From Nitrospirota bacterium (lineage in GTDB: Bacteria; Nitrospirota; Thermodesulfovibrionia; Thermodesulfovibrionales; Dissulfurispiraceae): a stretch of DNA of 34,716 nt. A model generated the notes under the pieces. It had not been told where the DNA came from and did not search any database. It saw nothing but the letters and a program-made list of their open reading frames with translations. Numbering within the stretch: position 1 is the stretch's first letter; the number at the start of each line of letters is the position of its first letter. Position numbers and translations under genes: made by a program. Where the stretch lies: positions 1 to 34,716 of the forward strand of contig JBFLWF010000026.1 in the NCBI GenBank assembly GCA_040758355.1, read 5' to 3'. This document shows, one piece after another, positions 25,027 to 34,716 of this stretch.

Positions 25027-26175
25027 CTACCACTCATATTTTAAAAGGCGCTTAAAAAATTTTAGATACGAAATGAGGGCGCTGTTTCCTGTCTCTTTTT
25101 TGAGCCATAACCTCATTGCGATTTCCTGCACCTCGGTCCTTTTATGAAGTGCTACGAACTTTTCAATGTGGGCATCGTTTTTAAAAAGGTAATTTCTTAT
25201 CTTGCTCATGAGCAGAAATCTGTTTCTGAACCTGCTGTTCCACAGTTTTTTGTAAACAGCGGGCCCGCCTTCGGCTATTGCCCGCGCTGCGAATTCTCCT
25301 GACTTCATCGCATAGTAAATGCCTTCATATGTTATCGGCATTACTATGCCTGCGGCATCTCCTGCAAAGAGGATATTGTTGATGTTAAAAAGGGTGCCGT
25401 TCCATTCCGGTATTTTGAACGCCCGTGGCTTATTTATAAGATTTTGGCCAAAAAATTTTTCAGCAGCAAAATTTTTTAAAGGCATGCCAAATCTCCTTCT
25501 GATAAACGTGTCCAGAAGAGGAGTGAGCTCTCTCGGATTTGAGCTTCCGGTTCCTATGGAGGAATAACCGCCGGACGGGAATACCCAGGAATAAAACTGC
25601 GATGCATGGCTTGATCCAAACCAGAACTCGCAAGCGTCGAAATCATCGGATGTTATATGTGCGCTTATGGTAGAAAGACAATCGGGCTTGGTGTGTCCGA
25701 TGCTGGATCCGGCCCTGAACGTTATTCCGTCGGATGCTATCACATAATCCGACTTTATTTTAATTTCCTCGTTGGTGGAACTTCTTCTTGCTGTTGAGAT
25801 GATTTTTTTTCCGATTTCTTCGAACCGCGTAAACTCTGCCTCCACTACCGATGCACCGCTGTTTTTAGCGATTTCCCTCAATTTTGCATCGAACGCGCCC
25901 CTTCCAGTAATGCAGAGATGTCCGCCCTTCAACTCGATCTCAACCTCTTCTCCCTTCGGGGATACTATCCGTATTTTCTTTATCTTTTTCTTGACAACGT
26001 CTTCAGGGATGCTCAATTCATGCAGGGCTGTGGAAGGGATCCCGCCTCCGCATGGCTTTACGTAAGACAGGTCTCTTTCTAAAAGGACAGTGTCTATACC
26101 GCTGTCAGCTAAAAAGCGTGCAGCCGTAGAGCCTGCAGGTCCGCCGCCTATGACAAGGACATGAGTTCGCAGCAT
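25027..26175 (-). CDS. Geranylgeranyl reductase family FAD-dependent oxidoreductase
   Basis: GGGPAG, KPCGGG, YSWVFP, GDAAG and EGIYYA. Confidence 0.9.
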   Translation of the reverse strand: MLRTHVLVIGGGPAGSTAARFLADSGIDTVLLERDLSYVKPCGGGIPSTALHELSIPEDVVKKKIKKIRIVSPKGEEVEIELKGGHLCITGRGAFDAKLREIAKNSGASVVEAEFTRFEEIGKKIISTARRSSTNEEIKIKSDYVIASDGITFRAGSSIGHTKPDCLSTISAHITSDDFDACEFWFGSSHASQFYSWVFPSGGYSSIGTGSSNPRELTPLLDTFIRRRFGMPLKNFAAEKFFGQNLINKPRAFKIPEWNGTLFNINNILFAGDAAGIVMPITYEGIYYAMKSGEFAARAIAEGGPAVYKKLWNSRFRNRFLLMSKIRNYLFKNDAHIEKFVALHKRTEVQEIAMRLWLKKETGNSALISYLKFFKRLLKYEW

Positions 26176-26194
26176 AGATATTTTAGAAAATTAT

Positions 26195-26244
26195 AAAAAT
26201 TGAAAATAGGGAATTAGTTTTAAGTTTCTAACTCCCCATTTCTC
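26195..26244 (-). terminator. Terminator-like hairpin downstream of usp
   Basis: Minus strand GAAATGGGGAGTTAG-loop-CTAATTCCCTATTTTC followed by AATTTTT. Confidence 0.55.
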
Positions 26245-26252
26245 AAATCTCT

Positions 26253-26699
26253 TTACTTCCTCGATCCTCTTACTGTCAGTACAGGGCATGATGCGTTCCT
26301 TACCACCCTTTCTGCAGTACTCCCGAACAAGACCCTGTCAATACCTTTTCTGCCGTGAGTTCCGATAACGATGAGGTCGATGTTTTTCTCCTCGGCAAAC
26401 TTCAGTATCTCCTCATACGGTATGCCTCTGATGACGGTATATTCCACATCCTTTAAGTCCATTCTCTTGTCTGCACCGAATTTCCCAAGCTCTTTCCGTG
26501 CGCTTGCATCAAGCTCCTTATACATCTCGTCAACAGAGATATGGGGCACGTATAGTCCAGATGCCGTTGCTATATCGTATACGACATGCAGCATGTGGAG
26601 CTTTGCTCCATAGCTCTTTGCCAGATCTACAGCGTACGGCAATGCATTTAATGCCCCTTCAGAAAAGTCTGTTGGGAAAAGAATCCTTTTGATCTCCAT
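26253..26699 (-). CDS. Universal stress protein
   Basis: ILFPTDFS, DLIVIGTHGR, GSTAERVVR and CPVLTV; RBS AAGGAGG before ATG 26699. Confidence 0.93.
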   Translation of the reverse strand: MEIKRILFPTDFSEGALNALPYAVDLAKSYGAKLHMLHVVYDIATASGLYVPHISVDEMYKELDASARKELGKFGADKRMDLKDVEYTVIRGIPYEEILKFAEEKNIDLIVIGTHGRKGIDRVLFGSTAERVVRNASCPVLTVRGSRK

Positions 26700-26703
26700 A
26701 ATA

Positions 26704-27729
26704 TTAGACCTCCTTGAGATATTTGGCTGCATCCTCCGGGGATGTAGTCAGTATATGAAATTCCGAGTCCCATTCAAAACCGCTTTTTGTTACGAGGTGC
26801 GGCATCACTTCCATATGCCAGTGGAAATCCTCTCCCAGCGTATGCCAGTGGTCTTTCCTCGGCATCCTGTTCGGCGCTGTATGCAGCACATAATTGTATG
26901 GTGGATTTTTAAAGAGGGTCCTCATTTTTTTAATTGTTGTCATCAGTATCAGGCTTAAGTCTTCCATCTCTTCGTCGCATATATCCTGAAAAGCGCAGTT
27001 GTGCCTTCTGGGCATTATCCAGTATTCAAATGGAGACCTCGGTGCGAATGGAGTAAATGCAACGAAGTGGGTTGTCTCCATGATTACCCTTTCACCGGTT
27101 CTCAGCTCCTCGTTCAGTATATCGCAGAATATGCACCGCTCTTTATAATAAAAATAGGCCTTTGCCCCATCGAGCTCTTCCTTGATCCCCTTTGGTATCA
27201 CGGGTGTGGCAATGACCTGGGAATGGGGATGGTGGAATAATTCTCCGGCTGTCTTCCCGCAGTCCTTATAGATAAGGGTATATCGCAACCGTGGGTCTTT
27301 TTCCAGTTCCGATACGCGGTTCTTGTAAGTTGTTACCACCTTGATTACTTGCGAGATGCCCAAATCCTCAGGAGGGGTATCATGCTTTGGGGATTCTATG
27401 ATTATCTCATTGGCGCCTATGCTGTTCATCTTGTCATACATCCCGGCCCCTCTTCTTCCCAGATCGCCTTCTATTTGAAATATGGGATTGATTCTCGGAA
27501 CTACCCTTGTCTGCCAGTTCGGTGCATTGGGAGGAGTGCCTGTTTCCCTTATGGCAAATATTTCAGGCGGGGTCTTATCTTCTCTCCCCTGACACAATAT
27601 GCAGTTGCTGCCGTCTGTATCCTGAATAATGTGTTCGATATTTTTCTCAAAATAGAAGGCAGGCGGTTTTGAATCTTTAAGCACAGCTACCCATCTGTTA
27701 AGTATGGGGTCTTTTCTTAGTTCGTGCAT
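26704..27729 (-). CDS. galT: Galactose-1-phosphate uridylyltransferase family protein
   Basis: ELRKDP, HPHSQ catalytic motif, RCIFCD and FHWH. Confidence 0.9.
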   Translation of the reverse strand: MHELRKDPILNRWVAVLKDSKPPAFYFEKNIEHIIQDTDGSNCILCQGREDKTPPEIFAIRETGTPPNAPNWQTRVVPRINPIFQIEGDLGRRGAGMYDKMNSIGANEIIIESPKHDTPPEDLGISQVIKVVTTYKNRVSELEKDPRLRYTLIYKDCGKTAGELFHHPHSQVIATPVIPKGIKEELDGAKAYFYYKERCIFCDILNEELRTGERVIMETTHFVAFTPFAPRSPFEYWIMPRRHNCAFQDICDEEMEDLSLILMTTIKKMRTLFKNPPYNYVLHTAPNRMPRKDHWHTLGEDFHWHMEVMPHLVTKSGFEWDSEFHILTTSPEDAAKYLKEV

Positions 27730-27771
27730 ATCTGCTCCTTAATACCTGAATTGAGCGACTTTAATCTAAAG

Positions 27772-27939
27772 ATATATGTCAGGTGCTGCGAAAAGACTTT
27801 AAACCACGCACTTGTAAATACATTTATCTTGTATCCGTCATCTACTACATTGAATACTTGTTGGATGATATATTTATTATCTCTCATATACAATTAAACC
27901 AACACTTTTTAAAGTCTTTGAGCAGTGCCTGACATATAT
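27772..27939. repeat. Palindromic repeat element copy 1 (arms separated by ~100 bp of AT-rich spacer)
   Basis: Left arm ATATATGTCAGGTGCTGCGAAAAGACTTTAAA; right arm TTTAAAGTCTTTGAGCAGTGCCTGACATATAT. Confidence 0.8.
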
Positions 27940-28715
27940 AAATAAATCAACCTTAGTCCCTCAAAGGTTAGGTTGGGAGCCAGGCTGTGATCCCTTTTAA
28001 TCAGAGGAGACACGAGTTTCGCATGTCCGCCTGTCAGGACTAATTTTAACCTAAAACCGAGTTCTTTCTCTATACTTTTTATCAGTGCTTCGACTGCACC
28101 TGCAGTCCCGTTTATAATCCCCGAAGTCATGGATGATGCTGTGTCTTTCCCCAGCACTGTTTTTGGCCTTTTGATGGAGACAGGAGGCAGTTTTGCAGTC
28201 CCTTCATGAAGGGCATGATGCATGAGGTCTATTCCCGGCATTATAGCCCCTCCCAAAAAGACAGGATGGTTGCAAGATTTTTTGGGGCTGACAACAGTTA
28301 TTGTGGTAGCCGTGCCCATGTCCACAACTGCAACGGGTTTCTTATAATAAGAGAAACCCGCCACGGCATCGGCAATCCTGTCTGCCCCTATCCTTTCGGG
28401 ATGCTTCACGTCAAAGGTAAGACCACAGGGTATTTTATGACTTACTATTATTGGTTTTCTGCTGCATATATCTTTTATTGCCTCAATAATCGATCTATCG
28501 GTGGACGGGACAACGGATGAGACTATAGAATCAATTCTGGGTGAATGTGTGAAATGCTCTATAATCTCAGCAATTATTTTTTTATATGCCTCTGCCGACT
28601 GTATCGGATGAGTTGGAATTTTTTTGATGAACAATTTTGTGTTTTTTATCGGGTTTAGAAATATGCCGAATCCAATGGTGGAGTTCCCGATGTCAACAGC
28701 AAGCAGTATGCTCAT
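27909..28715 (-). CDS. coaX: Type III pantothenate kinase
   Basis: AVDIGNS, SSVVP, IGADR, VDMGTATT, GGAIMPG and LTGG. Confidence 0.95.
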   Translation of the reverse strand: MSILLAVDIGNSTIGFGIFLNPIKNTKLFIKKIPTHPIQSAEAYKKIIAEIIEHFTHSPRIDSIVSSVVPSTDRSIIEAIKDICSRKPIIVSHKIPCGLTFDVKHPERIGADRIADAVAGFSYYKKPVAVVDMGTATTITVVSPKKSCNHPVFLGGAIMPGIDLMHHALHEGTAKLPPVSIKRPKTVLGKDTASSMTSGIINGTAGAVEALIKSIEKELGFRLKLVLTGGHAKLVSPLIKRDHSLAPNLTFEGLRLIYLYMSGTAQRL

Positions 28716-29689
28716 CTGAGTATTGTCACATCTCCTGCGCTTATTTTTTTCACTGTATTGTCAGGGAGCTTCAGCATCAGCATTCCTTCCTCATCTATAG
28801 TTCCTGCAATTCCCGTAAAAACATTGTTTCCCACGGTCACTTTCACGGCGCGGCCTATGGTGGATGATAGCTTCAGCCACTCCTCAATTACAGGTTTTTT
28901 CCCGCTGTTCAACAGCATGCTGTACCACCTGTCCAGTTCCTTTATTATTTCAATGGCAATAAGGGTTCTTGATTGAGCATCTCCTGATTCATTTTTAATG
29001 GATGTAGCACATGCCTTAATTTCATCGGGCATGTCGCCGGCTTCGAGATTTATGTTTATCCCTATGCCTATGACTGCATGGAATATCCTGTCCATATCAG
29101 CCTTTATTTCTGTTAGTATGCCGCCCAATTTTCTGTCAGAGACCATTATGTCATTGGGCCATTTTATGGAAGCAGGGACGGATGAAAGCCGTTTTATTGC
29201 GGATGCACAGGCAACCGCCGACATGAGTGTCAGTATCGCTGCGTCCCTCGGCAGGATTACGGGTCTTAAGATAATGCTCATATAGAGATTTTTCCCTTGA
29301 GGCGACAGCCATTTCCTTCCGAGCCTCCCCTTGCCGCCTGTCTGTGCGTCGGCTATGATGACCGTTCCCTCGGGATACCCCTTTTCTGCAAGTTCCATAG
29401 CGTATGTATTGGTAGAATTTATGGTGTCGAAAAATATTATTTCCCTTCCGATAATCATGGACCGGCCTGAAATAGAGTCTCTTATTTCTTCAATGGATAG
29501 ATCGGGCGATTTTAGTAATTTATATCCCTTTGCAGGTAACGCCTCGATTGTATAACCTTTTTTCCTGAGGATGTTGATCCTTTTCCATACGGCTGTTCTG
29601 GTGACTTTCAGGGTATTTGCTATTTCTGCACCAGAAATAAAATCTTCTTTTTCCTTCAGGAGCCTTATTATTTCCTCATTATTATTCAT
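28712..29689 (-). CDS. birA: Bifunctional biotin ligase/repressor BirA
   Basis: N-terminal HTH (ISG..RTAVWK), STN, QTGGKGRLGR, KWPND and KLGGIL. Confidence 0.95.
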   Translation of the reverse strand: MNNNEEIIRLLKEKEDFISGAEIANTLKVTRTAVWKRINILRKKGYTIEALPAKGYKLLKSPDLSIEEIRDSISGRSMIIGREIIFFDTINSTNTYAMELAEKGYPEGTVIIADAQTGGKGRLGRKWLSPQGKNLYMSIILRPVILPRDAAILTLMSAVACASAIKRLSSVPASIKWPNDIMVSDRKLGGILTEIKADMDRIFHAVIGIGININLEAGDMPDEIKACATSIKNESGDAQSRTLIAIEIIKELDRWYSMLLNSGKKPVIEEWLKLSSTIGRAVKVTVGNNVFTGIAGTIDEEGMLMLKLPDNTVKKISAGDVTILR

Positions 29690-29745
29690 AGGCAATACCG
29701 CTAACCCATTGGGTTATACCTAAAGTGAGTGCTTCTATTTTAGAA

Positions 29746-29800
29746 ATATATGTCTGGTGCGGCGAAAAGAGAGCGTCTTTGAGCCGTGCCTGACATATAT
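29746..29800. repeat. Palindromic repeat element copy 2 (compact)
   Basis: ATATATGTCTGGTGCGGCGAAAAGA-GAGC-GTCTTTGAGCCGTGCCTGACATATAT. Confidence 0.8.
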
Positions 29801-29818
29801 AAAATCGCCTATTTTGGA

Positions 29819-30442
29819 TTATCTTTTTTCCGGCCACTCGCATTCTTTATATAGAACACACTCTCCGCATTTAGGATTCTTCGCTGTGCATGTCTCTCTT
29901 CCATGCAGTATCAATGCAAGGCTGAATGATGTCCATTTATCATTTGGTATCTGTCCCATGAGTTCTTGCTCTACCTTTTCCGGATTGCTTGAATGTGCAA
30001 GCCCGAGGCGGTTGCTTACGCGCAGGACATGTGTATCAACAGGTATGGCCTGTTTTCCGAAAGAGCTTCCGAGTATGACATTCGCTGTCTTTCTGCCAAC
30101 TCCCGGAAGCGTTATGAGTTCCTCCATTGTTTGAGGAACCTTACCATGAAAATCCTTTACGAGTTTCTTGCAGCAGTCAATGATCATCTTTGCCTTGTTT
30201 TTGTAATATGTTATTGAGCTTATCTCACGTTCAAACTTGGTGGCGTCCGCCTTCGCGTAATCTTCGGGTATTTTGTATTTCTTAAAGAGTTCCTTTGTCA
30301 CGGCGTTTACCTTTACATCCGTGCATTGTGCCGACAGTATCGTGGCAACGAGGAGTTCAAAAGGATTTGTGAAATTAAGGGCGATCCTCGGATGGGGATA
30401 TTTCTTTAGAAGAAGCTCTGTTATTTTTTTAGCGTTTGCCAT
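29819..30442 (-). CDS. nth: Endonuclease III
   Basis: ILSAQCTD, LPGVGRKTA HhH, VDTH, and C-x6-C-x2-C-x5-C Fe-S motif. Confidence 0.96.
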   Translation of the reverse strand: MANAKKITELLLKKYPHPRIALNFTNPFELLVATILSAQCTDVKVNAVTKELFKKYKIPEDYAKADATKFEREISSITYYKNKAKMIIDCCKKLVKDFHGKVPQTMEELITLPGVGRKTANVILGSSFGKQAIPVDTHVLRVSNRLGLAHSSNPEKVEQELMGQIPNDKWTSFSLALILHGRETCTAKNPKCGECVLYKECEWPEKR

Positions 30443-31149
30443 TATTCTTCATTTAATATTACAACCTCGATTCTATTCTTTAATCCTTCTGCAAAACGCT
30501 TTGCATCATTCTTATCTCCCACGATGGAGCCGTAATGCATTGGTATTGCGATTTTCGGTTTGATATCAAGGGCTGCCTGAACAGCCTCATCCGCTGTCAT
30601 GACGTAGGTTCCCGAAACCGGAAGCAGTGCAATGTCCACATTTTTGAATGTCTTCATTTCTGGTATGTAATCTGTGTCGCCTGCAATGTATATCCTCTGT
30701 CCACTTACGCTGAAGATGTAGCCGACCCATCCCTTATCCTTTGTATGGAATTGTTTGTTGGTGTTATACGAAGGTACGGCCTCTATCTCGACTCCGCCTA
30801 CATTTATTTTATCTCCCGGTTTTACAATCTTAATATTTCCCGACAACTTCTTTGCACAGTCCGATGTTGTAACAATTATGGTATTTGGTGTTTGGATCTT
30901 TTTTACATCATCTGGAGAACAGTGATCGTAATGCTCGTGCGTTATCAGTATTATATCTGCCGTGTCCTTCTTTTTGATCTTGAACGGATCGGTGAAAATA
31001 ACCTTCTCGCCGGTTATTTTAAATGTGTCATGTCCAAGCCAGTGAATATTTTTGATCATGATTTTTGCCTCCTTTTTTTCTGAAAATATTGTTGCTGGCA
31101 TTGTGAAGATAAAGGTGACTATTAATATTCCTGAAAATAATTTCTTCAT
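30442..31149 (-). CDS. MBL-fold metallo-hydrolase (UlaG/UPF0173-like)
   Basis: WLGH, TDPF, THEHYDH, AGDT and IPMHY; N-terminal signal-like extension. Confidence 0.9.
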   Translation of the reverse strand: MKKLFSGILIVTFIFTMPATIFSEKKEAKIMIKNIHWLGHDTFKITGEKVIFTDPFKIKKKDTADIILITHEHYDHCSPDDVKKIQTPNTIIVTTSDCAKKLSGNIKIVKPGDKINVGGVEIEAVPSYNTNKQFHTKDKGWVGYIFSVSGQRIYIAGDTDYIPEMKTFKNVDIALLPVSGTYVMTADEAVQAALDIKPKIAIPMHYGSIVGDKNDAKRFAEGLKNRIEVVILNEE

Positions 31150-31498
31150 AGCCCCCTCCCGTGTTTTGTAAAGATTATATCATAAAAATTCCCACTTCCA
31201 TAATCAGTAATGATGTATATAGGGTATGCTTCAAAAGCCTTTACAAAGTGTTGTTCTTTATTCATGCCAGAGGTTATTAATGATTCATCCATGCGGCGAG
31301 CAATGTTGTAGATGACGGGTTCAAGACAAAATGAGGTTTAATATCCTGAAGTGTAAAGTCTTTTCAGCACACCCTATGTACATTTTTTTTCAAGATGTCT
31401 GGCTGCGGATTATGGCACTTTATTTTTTATAATTCGATATGTTATATTTGTCTTTCCCAGCTTATCGGGTTTGTGTATACAATACACTCTTAAAAGAC

Positions 31499-31527
31499 TT
31501 GACAAAAACAGAATTCTCTGGTAAGCT
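31499..31527 (+). promoter_or_regulatory. sigma70 promoter of the str operon
   Basis: TTGACA-N17-TAAGCT with extended -10 TG. Confidence 0.75.
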
Positions 31528-31609
31528 TAACGGGTTTTTCCGGTAAATCGGAAGTTTTTCGCTGGTAATAATTCATGCGTATTAAATTTAATGGAGGCCT
31601 TGAAAGAGA

Positions 31610-31981
31610 ATGCCTACGATTGCACAACTGATTAAGAACGGCCGCAAGAAGGCCGAGAGAAAGACGAAGAGTCCGGCCCTTAAGAACTGCCCGCAGAAGC
31701 GCGGCGTGTGCGTGAGGGTTTATACAACCACGCCAAAAAAACCGAACTCGGCATTAAGAAAGGTTGCAAGGGTCAGGCTTACCAACGGCATGGAAGTTAC
31801 TGCTTATATCCCCGGCGTGGGACATAACCTGCAGGAGCATTCAATAGTATTGATAAGAGGCGGAAGGGTTAAGGACCTCCCCGGTGTCAGGTATCACATC
31901 CTGAGGGGTACCCTTGATTGCGCCGGTGTTGCAAACAGGAGACAGGGAAGGTCCAAGTACGGGGCAAAGAGGCCCAAGTAA
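31610..31981 (+). CDS. rpsL: 30S ribosomal protein S12
   Basis: [17 protein letters not shown] and [10 protein letters not shown]. Confidence 0.99.
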   Translation: MPTIAQLIKNGRKKAERKTKSPALKNCPQKRGVCVRVYTTTPKKPNSALRKVARVRLTNGMEVTAYIPGVGHNLQEHSIVLIRGGRVKDLPGVRYHILRGTLDCAGVANRRQGRSKYGAKRPK

Positions 31982-31996
31982 TAAGAGGATAAGAAA

Positions 31997-32467
31997 ATGG
32001 CAAGAAGAAGAGTATCAGCAAAGAGAGAGATATTACCGGATCCAAAATACAACAGCAAGCTGGTAAGCAGGTTTATCAGCGTTATCTTAAGGGATGGCAA
32101 AAAGTCGACTGCCGAAAGGGCATTCTACGGAGCGCTGGACATCCTTAAGGAGAAGACAGGCTCCGATCCTTTAAAGGTGTTTAAGACAGCAGTTGAGAAT
32201 GTGAAGCCGCTCCTCGAGGTCAAGCCGAGAAGGGTTGGCGGCGCAACATACCAGGTTCCGATGGAAGTAAGGCCTCACAGAAAGGTGGCCCTTGCATTGA
32301 GATGGATTGTAGATTACTCAAGGGGTCGCAAGGAAAAGACAATGCGCGAAAAGCTCGCCGGAGAGCTTCTTGATGCTTATAACAATACAGGCAGTTCTAT
32401 AAAGAAAAAGGAAGATACCCACAGAATGGCAGAGGCGAACAGGGCCTTTGCGCACTACAGGTGGTAA
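31997..32467 (+). CDS. rpsG: 30S ribosomal protein S7
   Basis: [11 protein letters not shown] and [13 protein letters not shown]. Confidence 0.99.
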   Translation: MARRRVSAKREILPDPKYNSKLVSRFISVILRDGKKSTAERAFYGALDILKEKTGSDPLKVFKTAVENVKPLLEVKPRRVGGATYQVPMEVRPHRKVALALRWIVDYSRGRKEKTMREKLAGELLDAYNNTGSSIKKKEDTHRMAEANRAFAHYRW

Positions 32468-32482
32468 GGAGATTTTAGTCTG

Positions 32483-34561
32483 ATGTCACGATTCCCATTA
32501 GAAAAAACACGCAATATCGGTATTATGGCTCATATCGACGCTGGTAAGACCACGACTACCGAAAGGATACTTTACTATACGGGCGTTACATATAAAATCG
32601 GCGAGGTCCATGAGGGAACCGCTGTTATGGACTGGATGGTGCAGGAGCAGGAAAGGGGAATTACCATAACATCCGCAGCAACCACATGCTCATGGAAAGA
32701 CCACAGGATAAACATAATTGACACGCCAGGCCACGTTGACTTTACTGTCGAGGTTGAGCGTTCATTGAGGGTTCTTGATGGTGCGGTTGCAGTATTCGAT
32801 GCAGTTGCAGGTGTCGAGCCGCAGTCAGAGACCGTCTGGAGGCAGGCCAATAAATACGGCGTTCCGAGGATTGCCTTTATGAATAAAATGGACAGGGTCG
32901 GCGCCGACTTTTTTATGGCAGTGGATACGATGGTCGAGAAATTGGGCGCAAGGCCTGTTCCTGTTCAGATACCCATTGGAAGCGAAGATAAACTGAGGGG
33001 ATCTATAGACCTTGTGACTATGAGGGCATTCTTTTTTGATGACGAGACACTCGGTGCAAAGTACGTTGAGGCTGATATTCCCGAAGAATATATCGTCAAG
33101 GCTAAGGAATACAGGGAAAAGTTATTAGAGGCAATCGCCGATGTCGATGAGAATATAATGGAAAAATACCTCTCGGGAGAGGAGATATCCGTTAATGAAA
33201 TCAGGAACGCCATCCGCAAGGGTACGGTAGATATGAAATTTACACCTGTGCTCAGCGGCTCTGCATTTAAAAATAAAGGAGTTCAGTTGCTACTCGATGC
33301 CATAGTGGATTACCTGCCTTCTCCGCTGGAGATTCCTCCTGTAACAGGAGTAAGGCCATCGGATGAGGCAGAGGTTGTGAGGAGGGCATCTGACGACGAG
33401 CCATTTGCAGCCCTTGCCTTTAAAATAATGACAGACCCATTTGTTGGTCAGCTTACATTTGTAAGGGTTTATTCAGGCGTACTCAGTGCAGGCTCTTATG
33501 TATATAATTCCACAAAGGATGTAAAGGAAAGAATAGGCAGGCTCCTCAAGATGCATGCCAATAAGAGGGAAGAGATAAAGGAAGTAAGGGCTGGCGATAT
33601 AGCGGCTATTGTGGGATTAAAAAGTACATTGACCGGAGATACCCTTTGCGATGAGAACAACCCTGTAATTCTTGAATCAATACAGTTCCCGGAGCCTGTT
33701 ATAGCAGTGGCCATTGAACCAAAGACAAAGGTAGATCAGGAAAAGCTTTCTGTTTCTCTGGCAAAACTTGCCCAGGAGGATCCATCTTTTAAGGTCTCTT
33801 ATGACGAAGAGACAGGACAGACAATAATATCAGGAATGGGCGAGCTGCATCTGGAGATAATTGTCGACAGGTTGATGAGGGAGTTTAAGGTTGGTGCAAA
33901 TGTGGGCAAGCCACAGGTTGCATATAAAGAGACCATAAAGAGATCGGCAAAAGTAGAGGGTAAATTTGTAAGGCAGTCAGGCGGTCGCGGACAGTATGGC
34001 CATGTCTGGATAGATGTAGAGCCTCTGGAAAGAGGAAAGGGATTTGAGTTTGTCAATAAAATAGTTGGCGGCTCTATTCCAAGAGAATATATCCCGGCAG
34101 TAGAGAAGGGTATAAAAGAGGCTATGGACGGTGGCGTGCTTGCAGGCTATCCTGTTGTGGATGTTAAGACAACCCTATTCGATGGTTCCTATCACGAGGT
34201 TGACTCATCCGAAATGGCCTTTAAAATAGCAGGCTCTATGGCATTTAAGGAGGGCGCAAAAAAGGCGCAGATTACGCTCCTCGAGCCTATAATGAGCGTG
34301 GAGGTCGTTACCCCGGAGGAATACATGGGTGATGTTATCGGAGATCTTAACTCAAGACGTGGAAAGATACAGTCTATGGAAAAGAGGGGAAATTCCCAGG
34401 TGATAAAGGCAATGGTACCCCTTTCAGAGATGTTCGGATATGCCACAGACCTGAGGTCAAAAACCCAGGGAAGGGCTACATATACAATGCAGTTTTCCCA
34501 TTATGAAGACGTCCCTAAAGGCATAATGGATAGTATTGTTGCAAAGGTAAAGGGCGAATAA
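32483..34561 (+). CDS. fusA: Elongation factor G
   Basis: [30 protein letters not shown] and VDSSEMAF. Confidence 0.99.
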   Translation: MSRFPLEKTRNIGIMAHIDAGKTTTTERILYYTGVTYKIGEVHEGTAVMDWMVQEQERGITITSAATTCSWKDHRINIIDTPGHVDFTVEVERSLRVLDGAVAVFDAVAGVEPQSETVWRQANKYGVPRIAFMNKMDRVGADFFMAVDTMVEKLGARPVPVQIPIGSEDKLRGSIDLVTMRAFFFDDETLGAKYVEADIPEEYIVKAKEYREKLLEAIADVDENIMEKYLSGEEISVNEIRNAIRKGTVDMKFTPVLSGSAFKNKGVQLLLDAIVDYLPSPLEIPPVTGVRPSDEAEVVRRASDDEPFAALAFKIMTDPFVGQLTFVRVYSGVLSAGSYVYNSTKDVKERIGRLLKMHANKREEIKEVRAGDIAAIVGLKSTLTGDTLCDENNPVILESIQFPEPVIAVAIEPKTKVDQEKLSVSLAKLAQEDPSFKVSYDEETGQTIISGMGELHLEIIVDRLMREFKVGANVGKPQVAYKETIKRSAKVEGKFVRQSGGRGQYGHVWIDVEPLERGKGFEFVNKIVGGSIPREYIPAVEKGIKEAMDGGVLAGYPVVDVKTTLFDGSYHEVDSSEMAFKIAGSMAFKEGAKKAQITLLEPIMSVEVVTPEEYMGDVIGDLNSRRGKIQSMEKRGNSQVIKAMVPLSEMFGYATDLRSKTQGRATYTMQFSHYEDVPKGIMDSIVAKVKGE

Positions 34562-34599
34562 TTTTATAAAGGAATTATAAGAATTCAAGAGGAGGAGTT

Positions 34600-34716
34600 A
34601 TGGCCAAGGCAAAATTTGAGAGGGTAAAGCCGCATGTAAACGTGGGAACCATAGGGCACGTTGACCATGGAAAGACCACATTGACAGCAGCAATAACCAA
34701 GGTATTGGCAATAAAA
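34600..34716 (+). CDS. tuf: Elongation factor Tu (partial, 5' end)
   Basis: RBS GGAGGAG; hand translation [36 protein letters not shown]. Confidence 0.98.
   Translation, partial: MAKAKFERVKPHVNVGTIGHVDHGKTTLTAAITKVLAIK

Noticed and set aside
25027..26175. bchP/chlP implying phototrophy
   Set aside because: The family is widespread in non-phototrophs, and there are no photosynthesis genes in the window.
31240..31430. TGGCAC/TGGCAT hexamers and a minus-strand KCHNPQPD fragment resembling a cytochrome relic
   Set aside because: No GC at -12 spacing. The fragment is short and interrupted, with no supportable homology.
31610..31981. Streptomycin-resistance substitutions in S12
   Set aside because: The PKKPNSA and RVKDLPG motifs are wild type.
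319..34446. Numerous antisense or overlapping ORFs in the six-frame track (e.g. 5183-5713, 11256-11819, 22605-23150, 30535-31083)
   Set aside because: They are shadows of well-supported genes, with no recognisable motifs.

Overview
Bacterial chromosome window. Gene content and protein style suggest Nitrospirota (Thermodesulfovibrionia-like) or a related deltaproteobacteria-like anaerobe; this is inference only. Positions 1-127 are the left end of an IS3-family element. Positions ~250-25020 are a co-oriented (+ strand) biofilm-matrix island. It encodes a PilZ/zinc-ribbon/AAA+/HTH sigma54 activator, a PocR-GAF-GAF-GGEEF diguanylate cyclase, two paralogous BcsA-like GT2 glucan synthases flanking a BcsS-like beta-barrel (no bcsB/C/Z), a Fap-type functional amyloid operon (fapA-position gene, fapB, fapC, fapD, fapE, fapF), Skp, a thermitase-like subtilase with a PrcB-like partner, and a type II secretion cluster lacking secretin and GspH. 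The intergenic DNA shows a repeated promoter architecture: a TGT-N11-ACA enhancer, an IHF-like site and a sigma54 -24/-12 box at near-fixed spacing. The enhancer plus -24/-12 box occurs four times (three with the IHF-like site). A fifth copy lacks its core promoter, and a further enhancer site overlaps the activator's own sigma70 promoter. Several unannotated micro-ORFs lie in these transcripts. The rest is housekeeping: on the minus strand a geranylgeranyl reductase-like gene, usp, galT, coaX, birA, nth and an MBL hydrolase, with two copies of a palindromic repeat; on the plus strand the str operon (rpsL-rpsG-fusA-tuf).
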